DNA of 63,995 nucleotides, the filler included, from Aduncisulcus paluster (lineage: Eukaryota): assembly GCA_024181965.1 (NCBI GenBank). It is 5 parts of 5 records of this genome, joined end to end, with 100 filler letters (N's around TTAATTAATTAA, not from the genome) between each part and the next. Parts side by side here need not be neighbours in the genome. Positions count along the whole stretch, not along the records: positions 48,374 to 57,986 come from BQXS01009690.1; positions 58,087 to 62,776 come from BQXS01009703.1; 3 more parts are not named here. The stretch is one strand, 5' to 3'. The notes below the pieces were generated by a model. It did no database searches, was not told the DNA's origin, and saw only the letters and a list, made by a program, of their open reading frames with translations. Numbering within the stretch: the stretch's first letter is position 1; each line of letters starts with the position of its first letter. A program made the position numbers and the translations under genes. Below are positions 48,375-60,343 of the stretch, piece after piece.

Positions 48375-50975
48375 CCCTACCTTTCTCTTGAGTCCTCAAC
48401 TGCACTCAAAGGAGAGGAGAAGTGGAAGTTATTGAGTCTGCTTACCGTGATTGGAAGGGAGCTCTGGCATGTGAGGAAACCTCTGAAGGCCTCATCAGCT
48501 TCTCCCTCTGCTCAATCTTCCATCTTCCGCGGAATGTTCTCAGAGGATACATCTTTCAACTTTGACACTTACTCTGCGTGGATATTGCAGAGTCTTGAAG
48601 GAGTCTTTGATATCGGACAGACTGTTCGTGGGAATGAACACGATGTTGGAACAACAGTTCTTCGGAAGTTGTTCATTGAACCGGGGCAACTGAGTGGCGA
48701 GACAGCCTTGCAACTCTTGCGTCTCTTGATGGTTCTTGAAGAACAGCGACCGGGTGTAGTATGTGAATCCTTTGATCGGGTTGTCAGAATAGTTCAAAAG
48801 AAACCTGTTAAGCGGAAGACCATCTACGATCGATTTAATCCAAAGCCTGACGAGAATATCAATATCAAACCCACTCGAAGGAATCCATTCATTGGCTTGT
48901 GGGAAATCTTACGTATTATCGAATACGTGAATCATGTTCGATCGATCACTCTCTCTGGACAAACACACGCGACTGCAGATACTCAGTCAACTTCAGATAA
49001 CAGTTCAAGATATGCCACTGAAATGAGCTCAGAGTTGATGGATACGTCAGATCTCCCTGAAGATGTCAAAGATCAGACAGCTCGAGAGCAGTTTACAATT
49101 GTCAGAACCATCTCTTCGTCCGCCATGACATCTATGAAGGCAGTTTCTTCATGTCAAGACATAACTACTGAGATCGCCTTACCTACTACAATCGATTGGG
49201 AGGCTTCTCAAGATATGCAGGGTGATCGGAAAGATGGATTCTTCAGAACTGATGCTGGAGGGCACAGTTCGAGTACTATTTATGATGGTGCACTATGTAG
49301 GAGAAGATTGGCATATGGGGGTTTCTCTGGTGTCATTTGTGAAGGTCTTCTTGTTCTATTGTCTCTTTGCAAGATTCCTCTAATATTACATAGTGCTTAC
49401 TGTGGTTGTGTCATCAAATACCTTCGGAGTGTGTTTAATACATTCATGCGGAAACAGCGAGAGCTTCATAGCGATGAAAGAATACAACAATATCTTGATG
49501 ATCCTGATGGGAAGCATGAAAAACCTATGATCAGATCACTTCAACATCCGCTTCGACTTGTTCTTGATGCAACTAGAATCTTACCTGAGAACTATGCCCG
49601 TAGAATCAAGAAAGAATGCATTCGAATTGTTGAGAAGGCTGCCAACAGTGTTATTCTCGTTCCACCCACCCACACAACTCCAACCCACATCCGTCTGTGT
49701 GAGGCTGCCGTGAACGAGTTATGTAATTGTGTGAATTTGCTTCAATCCAACGGTTGTATTGTGTCAAATATGGGGTGTCTTCCATTGTCACATAGAGGGG
49801 CTTGTATTGTTGTCACACATAGGATGCTTAGGGCCTCAAAGCAATGTGTGGATATTCTCATGAAAATTCACGATGATATTATCAAAGCAGAGGAGGAACG
49901 AAAGCTTAGATGTATGGCACTGGATAGTGATGGATCCAAACATTCCAGGTTACCTCTATTGCGACCGATGCCAGCTCCTGTGACCAAACATCATCATTAT
50001 TTTGTCACTGAATTAACCAGACTCAAGTCTAACCCGTTGTATATTGTCCCTCTTTCAGGACTTTCCCTCATCTTAAGATACATTGTGACAAATATCCAAA
50101 CATCTTCCTTACTTCCTTCTCACACAAAATCCTTCTCCGTGCTTTCTTCTCTCCCTTCAAACTCGATGCAATTGCGATTGATGAGCGTTATTGCAGGTAC
50201 TGTAGCATCCCTATCTGATACGCATACTCACACTGGGTTTGCTCTTCCATCGGCACCGATCACATCTATTTTTATCCCTTCGAAACAAACCCAACTCACC
50301 CCTCTGTTGGAATCTCTCAGAGAAAGTGCATGGCTTTGGTGTGGAATTGCTGATGCATGTTATGCTGGTGGAGGATTGGAAGCTACTCAGGTTCCTAAAA
50401 TTAGAATGCGCAAAATGCGGTATGCTCTCGAATTCCCAAACCCTCCTGCCTCATTGATTCCACTCTGTCTCTCTGTTCTTTCTTGTGCACCATATAAGGC
50501 CCAGACAAAACCCATTTATGCCTCCTCCTGTGTGTATGCTCTTGGCATTCTTGCTGCTTTGGTGAGTGGTGGCGCTGCGAGTATTCATCTCTTTTCCGCT
50601 TATTCAAGAGTCCATGTGTTGGCCAAGAGGAAAGGGAAGAAGAGTCCCTCAGATTCTTCAGAAATGAAAGGAATTGGAATGAACACTCGGAATTCTTGCT
50701 CCAGAGACGATATTGGGTTTGGAGATTTGCCTCAAACTATCCCATCGCCCCTTGATTCCGTCTTTTCACGTGCATTCTGTACTTGCGTTGCTTTCTTGCG
50801 GAGGTGTGGTGTTTGTGCGAGAGTATACTCGACAGCCCTTGAGTTAGAAAGGTTAGAGAAGAAAGTAAGGAGTTTGGAAGGCCTATTCCCTGCTTGGAAG
50901 ATATCTGTGAGTTCTGGAGATGTTCGTCTTTGTGATGCCCTGTGCATGGTTCAGGGTCTTGAAGGAAGCGATTAA
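48375..50975 (+). CDS. Hypothetical protein, 5' truncated
   Basis: The frame is open from the scaffold start to TAA at 50975. Coding-like composition; no motif recognised. Confidence 0.7.
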   Translation, partial: PYLSLESSTALKGEEKWKLLSLLTVIGRELWHVRKPLKASSASPSAQSSIFRGMFSEDTSFNFDTYSAWILQSLEGVFDIGQTVRGNEHDVGTTVLRKLFIEPGQLSGETALQLLRLLMVLEEQRPGVVCESFDRVVRIVQKKPVKRKTIYDRFNPKPDENINIKPTRRNPFIGLWEILRIIEYVNHVRSITLSGQTHATADTQSTSDNSSRYATEMSSELMDTSDLPEDVKDQTAREQFTIVRTISSSAMTSMKAVSSCQDITTEIALPTTIDWEASQDMQGDRKDGFFRTDAGGHSSSTIYDGALCRRRLAYGGFSGVICEGLLVLLSLCKIPLILHSAYCGCVIKYLRSVFNTFMRKQRELHSDERIQQYLDDPDGKHEKPMIRSLQHPLRLVLDATRILPENYARRIKKECIRIVEKAANSVILVPPTHTTPTHIRLCEAAVNELCNCVNLLQSNGCIVSNMGCLPLSHRGACIVVTHRMLRASKQCVDILMKIHDDIIKAEEERKLRCMALDSDGSKHSRLPLLRPMPAPVTKHHHYFVTELTRLKSNPLYIVPLSGLSLILRYIVTNIQTSSLLPSHTKSFSVLSSLPSNSMQLRLMSVIAGTVASLSDTHTHTGFALPSAPITSIFIPSKQTQLTPLLESLRESAWLWCGIADACYAGGGLEATQVPKIRMRKMRYALEFPNPPASLIPLCLSVLSCAPYKAQTKPIYASSCVYALGILAALVSGGAASIHLFSAYSRVHVLAKRKGKKSPSDSSEMKGIGMNTRNSCSRDDIGFGDLPQTIPSPLDSVFSRAFCTCVAFLRRCGVCARVYSTALELERLEKKVRSLEGLFPAWKISVSSGDVRLCDALCMVQGLEGSD

Positions 50976-51212
50976 AATATATTTATTATCATTCATTTTC
51001 ACGATTTGATTGAATTATTATATTTGTAATTCATTGATTTTTATCATATTGTGACAATATTATTGTGATAGAAAGGGGTTTTCAACTTGAAGTTCAACAT
51101 GAGCTTTGAATATCCAAAAATGGACAAATACAAATAAGACTTTGGATATGTCAAAGATGATTGAGATGATCTAATAAAATTATTTTTAACTATCTTTCAA
51201 CAATAGTAAAAT

Positions 51213-52019
51213 CTACATGAAAACATCGTGGGTGAACTGGAGAGAAAGAATCTTTGCAACACGTCTCTTTAAATTCCCATGGCCAACACAGTCATGAATA
51301 ATGGGCACTTTGAGGAGGAGTTTCATAGATTCTTGAGAAACGGTTGAAGAAACAGGACTAACAAATAATAGGAAAATGCATTGATCTTGCGGACGCACAA
51401 AGCTAATTCTTTCAAATATGGCGGCACAAAATCCATTTCTTATTATGTATGGCGGTGGTGATTTGATTTTTTTCCCAATTAGCAAGTGTTCTTCTTCAGA
51501 AAGAGGTGATTTATGGAGATACAAATATGTTTGAGGTATAACGGGCTTCTTTGATAAAACTAAGTTAGCTGGAATTGAAGAAACCAAGAGGAATTGCTTA
51601 GGGGAAAGTTCAGGAAACTTCGAGAGGATTGCATCTGATGCCGCCGAAGAGATGGAAAAACGGGTCATCCTATTCATTTTCTTGTGATAAGACTCTTTAA
51701 CTATAATAATATTGGAGCCTTCGGCTTGGGGAAGAAAATCAACATCAAAATCAACAATACAAGATGACATTTTGGAGATAAATGGAGAAAGGCTAAAAGA
51801 AATGGATAACATGGGTTTTGTCGTTTTGGATTTATCAATGAGGGAATGTAAAATGTTAAGTTCAGGTTTATCTTCAAGAATCAGGATTTTCGATGGCAGA
51901 GAAAGGTAGTCATGATAACCTGGATGTTCGGTAATTTTTGACGAATATGATTCAATTTTCTCATCTTCCCAGGAACTTCTATCCGCTTTTGGCTCTTCTT
52001 TCAAACAAAAAATATTCAT
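51213..52019 (-). CDS. Hypothetical protein, possibly proteasome assembly chaperone 1 (PAC1/PSMG1)-like
   Basis: About 268 aa from ATG 52019. Acidic N-terminus, PPPYIIRNGFCAAIF (cf. P.N.V..L.AAVL) and hydrophobic C-terminus VFM. The 5' part is duplicated at 52173-52462 as an artefact. Confidence 0.4.
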   Translation of the reverse strand: MNIFCLKEEPKADRSSWEDEKIESYSSKITEHPGYHDYLSLPSKILILEDKPELNILHSLIDKSKTTKPMLSISFSLSPFISKMSSCIVDFDVDFLPQAEGSNIIIVKESYHKKMNRMTRFSISSAASDAILSKFPELSPKQFLLVSSIPANLVLSKKPVIPQTYLYLHKSPLSEEEHLLIGKKIKSPPPYIIRNGFCAAIFERISFVRPQDQCIFLLFVSPVSSTVSQESMKLLLKVPIIHDCVGHGNLKRRVAKILSLQFTHDVFM

Positions 52020-52521
52020 ATCAGTTTCCAAATGGAGATCTTCGAATCACTCCCCTCCAAACATTGGATAAATGGTTAAATTTATTTGATATGTGGATCT
52101 CATATGAATAATATTTTGTTTTTATTTTATTATATTATTGATGATTGATTTTNNNNNNNNNNNNNNNNNNNNCAGGTTTATCTTCAAGAATCAGGATTTT
52201 CGATGGCAGAGAAAGGTAGTCATGATAACCTGGATGTTCGGTAATTTTTGACGAATATGATTCAATTTTCTCATCTTCCCAGGAACTTCTATCCGCTTTT
52301 GGCTCTTCTTTCAAACAAAAAATATTCATATCAGTTTCCAAATGGAGATCTTCGAATCACTCCCCTCCAAACATTGGATAAATGGTTAAATTTATTTGAT
52401 ATGTGGATCTCATATGAATAATATTTTGTTTTTATTTTATTATATTATTGATGATTGATTTTTTGAGAAGACAAATCATTTGATATGGATTTCCGCAGGC
52501 ATAAGATTGGTGGGAGCAAAA

Positions 52522-54597
52522 ATGACATATATTGACTTGTGGAAGCGTTGTCTGTTTGAAGATGTCTTACTTTATCAATTAAATGAATCTCAATTTGATG
52601 GAGAACATGAAGGGGTCATTCCGAATGTAATATTAATTGCACATTCATTACATATTCAGAAACATTATAAGCAGTGCATGAAATTTATTGATCATGCTTT
52701 AATAACCATGATAGAGCATGATTATAAACAGTATATGGAAATAGCGCCTGTTATGTTGTTTATTCGGCATCTAAGTGAGTTATTACATATAAAAAAACAA
52801 GTTTTTATTTCAATTGCCCCATATAAATGTGTTTTAGATTGTCCAAATCCTGGTGGTTCGTTCTCTCAATATTTTTCACTATGTTCAGCGATCAAGGGAT
52901 CTTGTCAGTTGTTTCCTGATGATAAATATCTTCCAATATTATATGGTATTATTTTGACCCATGCTGGAAATGTTGAAGAAGCTAGTTCTATTTTTTTAAA
53001 GTCAATTGTTGCTGCTCCATGGACTTTCTCAGCTTGGGAGCTTGTATCGATGAATGTGAATGCTTCAGATTTAAAGAGAATCATTCCGTCGGGAAAAGGA
53101 CTTGAATATTCATTATGCTCCCTGTTACTTGCATATATCTATGCCGTTCAAGGAAATATTCCAGCTGCTATTCAGACAGTCAATACAACTTTATCTATCA
53201 ATATTATGAACATATCTGCCGATTATTCCATTCCTTTGCCCTCTGACGTGAAGAAATTGAATCCCGTTGAATTGTGTGTGTGTGCATTTGTTCTCTTTAG
53301 AGCCGGACGTCTAGATGTCTGTGTGCGCTGTTTCGGGGCTGTTATGACGATTGCAAGGGAGAAAGAGGAAGAAGAAGAAAGAGAGAGGAGGAAAAGACAT
53401 AAAGAAATGAGAAAAGGGTCTGAGAAATCGGCTCCTCTATCTTCAACCAAAGCTACATTGCTCGCTCAACAAATGTATTCTCTACCGTCAACAACTCTTC
53501 CGTGTTTATTTTTAGATATTTATTCAACTGCTTTGTATCTTATTGGCGATCTAAAAGGATTGATTGAGTTGTGTGCTATGATTGATGAGGAAGGCATGTG
53601 TTCTTTTTCTGCTCAAATCGCAAAGGGAAATATGTGTTCACTTCAACAGGAAAGACAACAACTTGCTCTTGTGTCCAAGACGTCAGCAGAACACTATTTT
53701 TTGCCTCCTTCAATTCCCTTTTTCGATCGTGCGTGCAGACTGAAACCGTTATCACCTGAGGGGTGGATTCATCTTGGCAATGAGGCCTCAGACCTCAGTA
53801 TTCGATTGAGGTGTTTCCTTCGAGCTGTTGGAATGTTTCCCAAGGATTATAAGACCATGTATTGCATTGGATGTGTTTTATGTTCCTTGAAAGAGTTTAG
53901 GAGAGCTATCTTGTGGTTGAAAAAGGCTTTGAAACAGTCTTCTGCAGATACAAGTGTGAGAGAACAATTGGCCAAGGCCTATCTTGGAATAGAAATGTAT
54001 GAAATGGCAGAAAAAACTCTTCGCGATGCCATTGAAGACCATAAAAAAAGTGGAACAGATTACTCTCATTGTCTTATGATGTTATACAGATGTCTAGGTG
54101 AGCTCGATGAACATGAAAAGACAAACCACATTGGGGAAGAGATCATCCTTGCTCTTGTCCGATCACGTGAAGATGTAAAGATTGGATCTTCATCGACGAC
54201 TGGAGGATCTGTGACTGAACATGATGATGGAATTCATGTGAAGGAAAGCTTAGCCTTTGGAACTCCTTTATCTCCTTTTCTTTCTCCTTCTATTAAGACT
54301 TTGTTATCGGGGAAACACTATGAACGTTTAATGGAGTATTTTGACACGTCTCCAAAATCCCTTTTCCTGCCTTCTACTATACGATTCTTGATGTCAAGGA
54401 CCAATGATGATGAGTATGCTACTATTGTTTTGGAGGTGTGTGAAAGATTACTTGAGGGGAAAATTTCATCTATTTCGGGACAAAAGTTGGATATCATTGT
54501 TCCAGCATATATCAAGACCATTCCAATCGAAGAATTGAAGAAAGGATCACAAATTAGGGAAAAGGTATTGGAATTAATGTCTCGTGTTGGAATGTAA
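52522..54597 (+). CDS. CDC23: TPR protein, anaphase-promoting complex subunit CDC23/APC8-like
   Basis: Ordered matches to APC8: ILYGIIL, PWTFSAWEL, LDIYSTALYL, IAKGNMCSL, FDRACRLKP..EGWIHLGNE, FLRAVGMFPKDYKTMYCIG, AILWLKKA. Confidence 0.7.
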   Translation: MTYIDLWKRCLFEDVLLYQLNESQFDGEHEGVIPNVILIAHSLHIQKHYKQCMKFIDHALITMIEHDYKQYMEIAPVMLFIRHLSELLHIKKQVFISIAPYKCVLDCPNPGGSFSQYFSLCSAIKGSCQLFPDDKYLPILYGIILTHAGNVEEASSIFLKSIVAAPWTFSAWELVSMNVNASDLKRIIPSGKGLEYSLCSLLLAYIYAVQGNIPAAIQTVNTTLSINIMNISADYSIPLPSDVKKLNPVELCVCAFVLFRAGRLDVCVRCFGAVMTIAREKEEEEERERRKRHKEMRKGSEKSAPLSSTKATLLAQQMYSLPSTTLPCLFLDIYSTALYLIGDLKGLIELCAMIDEEGMCSFSAQIAKGNMCSLQQERQQLALVSKTSAEHYFLPPSIPFFDRACRLKPLSPEGWIHLGNEASDLSIRLRCFLRAVGMFPKDYKTMYCIGCVLCSLKEFRRAILWLKKALKQSSADTSVREQLAKAYLGIEMYEMAEKTLRDAIEDHKKSGTDYSHCLMMLYRCLGELDEHEKTNHIGEEIILALVRSREDVKIGSSSTTGGSVTEHDDGIHVKESLAFGTPLSPFLSPSIKTLLSGKHYERLMEYFDTSPKSLFLPSTIRFLMSRTNDDEYATIVLEVCERLLEGKISSISGQKLDIIVPAYIKTIPIEELKKGSQIREKVLELMSRVGM

Positions 54598-55254
54598 AGG
54601 AAAGATATTTTGCATACAGAACTATAAGGTTTATCATTAATATAATACTTTTTTTTTTATATTTTGTTATTATTTTTGATGACATAGACTTATTCTTTGA
54701 GTACCCTACAATCCTCATGTTTATCGTTTGAATTATCAAATTAACAATGATGATTATATTTTTTCGACTCTTATTTAAAAATAAAAATAAAATAAACAGA
54801 AATTTCATTTTTCTTTTTTTTATTTGAGGGAGTATTTTCTTCTAAGAAATTTACATTCGGTACAGAGGGTTTATCGACAAATAATGAAAGTAAAATTTAA
54901 TTAATTTAAATGAACAAGTTATATTTATTTTATATGTTCCCTTTCAGTCAATATTTCACGAAAATGAGAAACTCCACCGAGGCTCGGTTCTATGCTTTCT
55001 AGAACAATGACAGAAAAAAAAAAACATGATTTTTTTTATAAATTGATTTTATTAAAAGAAATCAAAGAAATAATGTGTGAACCACTTTAAGAAAGTAGAG
55101 TAAACAAAATGACGAATTTCATCAAACCGGTTTTTCTTGCAAAATAACTGAATTAATTTATTCCTTGATATTGAGGGGAATATTTCTTTGATTGCATATA
55201 TTTTTACTTTCTATAACATTCAAAAATATTATTTTCTCTCTCAAAATTTCTATC

Positions 55255-56124
55255 ATGGTTATTTGCTGTTCTTCATTTGAATATTTAGATTTTAGTGATA
55301 AAAATGAAAGTGCCATTGATTTTGATATTGGTTCTAAAAGGAGATATTCTGATTCTACCCAAATTCATATTGATTCACATTTCAAAATGCCAGGTGTAAT
55401 TTCTTCTTTTTCTACGTTACCATCTTATTCATCTCGTTCTTCAGATTCTGATAAAGAGGAATTATGTATTATTTCTGACATATTTGCACCACCTGATGAT
55501 GTTTTACAAGTATCATATGGAGATATTTTGACATCTCACACTCCACCGCCAATTCATTCAATGGATTATTTATCCTCTACGGTATTTCCTCAAAGTGAAA
55601 GTATTGAAGATGTTCCATTAAGTCAAGATGTTAATTCATCACCATCTTCCGATGATATCAATTTGTCTTCTCAGACTGATTGTGAATTTGACCATGTTAG
55701 CTCAAAGAATTCTTCTGATTCTATAGAGTCTCAAAAAGTTTTCAGAGATATTTTAAGAACAGGAAAGGATAAGGATGATGATCTTATCAAGACACCAAAA
55801 TCACATCTAGAGGTTCTGACCCCTCAATGTTTCGAAACGGTTATGGATAAATCTTCCTCAATGTCTGACCTGTTCAGAACAAGTGATAATGTTATCCACT
55901 CTGTGATTGAAGATTTTATCAGCGGTGATCGTTGTCAGTATGAAGATAAGTACCCCTCGATTTCTTCGCTTGAAGATCGTAGCGAGTCGAGATATGATCA
56001 AGAATATGTGGATGATCTGATTGGTTGTGAAGTTTTGCGGAATGGAGGAATAGTGGCGCGGTATCTCCTTCATGGGTTCGAATCCCTGGAAAGAATTCCA
56101 ATATCTATCAGTGATGACAAATGA
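55255..56124 (+). CDS. Hypothetical Ser/Asp-rich protein
   Basis: ORF from ATG 55255 in AT-rich flanks; low complexity and probably disordered. Confidence 0.6.
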   Translation: MVICCSSFEYLDFSDKNESAIDFDIGSKRRYSDSTQIHIDSHFKMPGVISSFSTLPSYSSRSSDSDKEELCIISDIFAPPDDVLQVSYGDILTSHTPPPIHSMDYLSSTVFPQSESIEDVPLSQDVNSSPSSDDINLSSQTDCEFDHVSSKNSSDSIESQKVFRDILRTGKDKDDDLIKTPKSHLEVLTPQCFETVMDKSSSMSDLFRTSDNVIHSVIEDFISGDRCQYEDKYPSISSLEDRSESRYDQEYVDDLIGCEVLRNGGIVARYLLHGFESLERIPISISDDK

Positions 56125-56621
56125 TTACTGAAGATTTGTAATATTATATCAGGGTGTATTCGAATATATCTTGAATGAGTGTTTCATAATGTATCATGTT
56201 TATTTCTCTGTCATTTTCTTCTTTCCTCTAATTTACAACTTCTTAATTTCTCTCATTCAACGGATTATTGCTGATTAAGTTTTATTGTTTGATCAATTTA
56301 AAAATCTTATTTTATTATTTCTCATCATTTTGTACGTATTTCTAACCGATAAAGTCTGCCAGACTTAGTCTGGTGTATAATGCGATAACTATTGCTATTT
56401 TATACTTCATATAATAAACTTATTGGGATTTTTGGAATGAAAAAATAAACAATAATCTGTGATTTATATTGAATTGCATCCATAATTATGTTCTTTTCTG
56501 TAACGGTCTAAATACAAATGTAATGACGTAATAAAATGAAAAATATTTGAAGATGCTTCTGTTTATTTATGAATATTAGCATGGATAAGATATTTCTCAG
56601 TGAAAAGTGATTTAGTCGAAA

Positions 56622-57986
56622 ATGAAAAACGATTTTGCAGGAGTTATTATGAATAATTCCGAAAAATACAAACAGCATCACAAGGATAATAATGAAACAG
56701 ATGTAAATGTTAAATCAACATTTTGGCCAGAATATCATCACTTTGGCTTCTGGAGCACTTTTAAGGTTTTGTTTAAAATTGGGTTTAATTCGCGGGAAAT
56801 GATTATTCTTCTTGTTTTGAATATCCTTATGATTGTTCTTGTTAGTTCTTGTCCATCGTATATCTCCACTACTCTTGATAATGCTATCTGTTCAGCCACT
56901 CAATGTTCTCCTGGTTATGATGATTCTACTTTTTGGAAGTATGCTCTGATGTGCATTGTCATTATTATTATCCAATCGGCCGGTCTTAGTTTTGGTGATT
57001 GGATTGGTTACTATATGGGTGCCCGGTGGAGAGAACTTTTAACAAATCATTTCCATGAATTGTATTTCTCCTCTTCTAAATTTTACAACAGTAATAACAA
57101 TGATTTTATTGATAATACTGATCAACGTCTAGCCTCAGATATTCGCCTCTATTGTTCATTTATGTGTGGAAGTGTGGAACCGACAACAAACGGTGTGATA
57201 TTTGGTGTTCGTGGGGTAATTTGTATGTTTGGATACTTTGTGGTCCCCTTACTCTTCTTGTTCAAAGTGGGGCAGACAGTTATGGTGTTGTCATGCATAG
57301 TGTTCTTTGTCTTTTCATTCCTGTTGACTTGGGCTGCAAATCTTCCACTTCCCAAACCCGTTGCACAGCAGGAAAAGCGAGAGGGAGAGTTCCGTTTCCA
57401 CCATGCAACTGTTCGTGAGGGTATGGAAAGTATTGCCTTTTATGAGGGTGGGAATCATGAGAAAGAAATTGCTGACAACCTCCTTCTCCGTGCCTTCTTG
57501 AATATGAACAGAGTCATCCATCGAAAGTTGCTCTCTATTACGAATAGGTGGTTCTTCCAAAGCGCAATTTATTGGTTCCCTTATACAATGTTCTATCTTA
57601 TATACAAGAAAAATGATTCATGTGTCGATGGTCAATTGTTTCTCACTAACACTAATTATATCCTGAATTTCGTTCAGAGTTGTTCCCAATTGTTGAATAT
57701 TGGACCTGGAATCGCTGCTTTGGGAGGCATTTCCAAGCGTGTTAGCGACATGGCAAGTGTGCTTGGAATCTTCTCTAACTCTTCTTCTTCTTCCTCTTCT
57801 TCCTCTTCTTCTGGAATGGGGAGTTCAAGTGCCAAGGGATCAAAAGGAAAGAAGAAACGTTTCGATGTCAAGGAGGAAAAAGTTCCTCTTTTGTCTGAAA
57901 TGACAAGTGAAGATTTAAGATACAATGGGGATGAAATGGGTGAACTCGGTGATATTTCTGGAGCTTCTGGAAGGATGAGCACTGCT
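56622..57986 (+). CDS. ABC transporter subfamily D (ABC_membrane_2 domain), 3' truncated before the NBD
   Basis: WRELLTNHFHELYF, IDNTDQRLASDI (NPDQR motif) and EGEFRFHHATVREGMESIAFYEG (EAA-like motif), with several TM helices. Confidence 0.85.
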
Positions 57987-58086
57987 NNNNNNNNNNNNNN
58001 NNNNNNNNNNNNNNNNNNNNNNNNNNNNNNTTAATTAATTAANNNNNNNNNNNNNNNNNNNNNNNNNNNNNNNNNNNNNNNNNNNN
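57987..58086. other. Artificial scaffold linker
   Basis: N44-TTAATTAATTAA-N44. Confidence 0.98.
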
Positions 58087-60094
58087 GCTTCATCTGAGTG
58101 GGGTTTAACATCCCTTCGATCATCTTGATGGTGTCAATGGTATCACCCAGCTCTTGATCATGTAACAAATCGTTACAATGCAGTTCTCCAGGAGAGAAAA
58201 GAATACGTCCATCCTCATAAGCAGCCCTAAGAACATGCTTATCTTTGGTCTTTTTTGTTTTTTGTTTTGAAGAAGAGAACCGAGTTGGAACTGGTTGTGA
58301 TCTTGACACGGGGAGGACGGGATCAAGGGAACGACAAGGCACAGAAGGGGGCATGATGAACTGACTACGCGCTCTAGGGGTTACTCTATCATCCGTGCGA
58401 AGCATGTCAGCAATAGAGAGCACATCGATTCGATGCCCAGAGATGGAGCTACTGAGAGATTCAGACTCATCTCCATCGTCAACAGGGAGGGCATAGCGAC
58501 GTTTGCCTGACGGTTCATCAGCGAAGAGAAGAGCTTCACCTCTCGTGGTGCACCATGGACATGGATGATGGCCACCCATTGGAGCATCCATGTTGATCCA
58601 CTTCTGCTTACCATCACATATAATATGATGTAAATATCCATAGAGAAGACATTTAACTCCATTTATATGGATGGACACACCAACATGTAGCTTGTCGACA
58701 TCGTCAAGCATTTCCATTAAGACAGCCATGGAGGGTTGTGAAGATTGCTCTTCTAATACCGTACATTCGGCCCATGCAGCATCCTTAGAGCGGTATGAAC
58801 TTGAGAAGTTACAAAGAGTGTATCTTACACATAAGGCTGTGCCACCGCGACCATCAATATGTACCCCATCCATATAAAGGATTAGTCCAACAAAGAAAAT
58901 TGGCGTAATACATTTGATAGAACACCAGGAAATGTAATCATCAGATGTCATACAAGGCTTGGTTTCGCGGAAAGCAGTAAACTCATCTATTATGGGTTTA
59001 TCCATACCACGGTTATCACCGATATTACTACCACAATAAGTTTTTAGTGCTAATCTATACTTCCGAAAGCAACATGGGTGACCGTCCTCTGATGATGTTG
59101 GGGGAAGCTCGTGTGGAGAGAAGTGGATACATTCGTCCAAATGGCATTGTAAGAAATACTGGATTGAAGAGAGGGGAGTCATCCAATGGTAAGAAATTGT
59201 ATCTCCAGACGAATTGATAAACTTACATACACGGTGGAATTGAATGACTTCACGGCGAATGAGGCGTAATCCCTGTAGAGAGGGTAATTCAATTGATGAG
59301 ACAGTACCTTTACTTTTCAAATCGGCCTTCTTGGCCAGTCTGAATTTCTGGTACATAGCGTGTGTCATTTCTTTGAGTAAGGCGGCACGAAAGATTTCAG
59401 CTCCGAGATTGCTCATGGTTCCTGTCATCCGTTGCAAGGAAGCGAGTGGGTGTTCCAAAGAACGTGGGTCGATAATTTGTATGAGCTCACGGGGGTGTTC
59501 AGAAGAGGTACTGTCGTCATCAGGGTAAGAAAGAGATGTATCGGGGTTCTCAGCAAGCTCGCGGTCAAATGACTCATCATCATTTCCTCCAAATCCATAT
59601 TCCCCGTCATCTTGGATATCTTGTGCCTTCAGAGCATATGCAGAGTCTGTAGCCACTGAAGGTGCCCGCGTCAAAGTTGAAGATAGGTAGACGGATAGAA
59701 CTTTGTCCCGGTTAACATCAGTGTCAGAAACAAGAATCAATATTTTCTCCTCCTTAAATATAAAACCATAGAAGTTCTTGGCAATTGTTTCGGGGAAGTA
59801 ATCTCTGACTCGACTTGTCCTAGGAATATGAACAAGGACCCGAGGATCGCTTTCACAAGATCTGCAGCAACAACATAAAGCCTCAATACTCCAGCGTTCA
59901 CAATGTTTGTATGACTGTCGATGACCAACACCCGTCTTACAATGGAAGCAGCGAACAAAAATTTCCATTCCATCAAGTTCCTTTTGAGAATTACACATTA
60001 TTTTGTTGGTTAGGGGATTCTCTACGAGAGTATTGCTTTCTTTCTCATACAAATACACGGGGATGATCATTATACCGGATTCAAAACTCTTCAT
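58087..60094 (-). CDS. Plavaka/CMC(EnSpm)-like DDE transposase, 3' truncated at the scaffold end
   Basis: Cys/His cluster at the N-terminus (CFHC..H..HC). Core motifs in the order typical of Plavaka/Transposase_21-like cores: LILYMDG (D1), YTLCNF..YR, LHVGV, LYGYLHHIICD (D2), HPCPWC, DLLH...G. No stops in 669 codons. Confidence 0.72.
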
Positions 60095-60250
60095 TGGCGA
60101 TATGGTTATTTCTAAAAGTAGAGAAATAAAATCAAATATTTTAAATTTAATAAATTATAATTATTATTTTCCACCTATATAATACAATTTTATTTTATAA
60201 AAATCATCGCTCTATCTCTTTTGGAATAATTATAATTGTTCATGGTATTC

Positions 60251-60343
60251 GCGTCATACGGCCCAGCCACATATATATGTATATAAGTTTAATTCATTAC
60301 AGCAATGCTAAATATATATATATGTGGCTGGGCCGTATGATGC
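60251..60343. repeat. Long inverted repeat (25-bp perfect arms) between the transposase and SET genes
   Basis: TCATACGGCCCAGCCACATATATAT (60254-60278) and ATATATATGTGGCTGGGCCGTATGA (60316-60340); imperfect pairing extends further. Confidence 0.92.
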
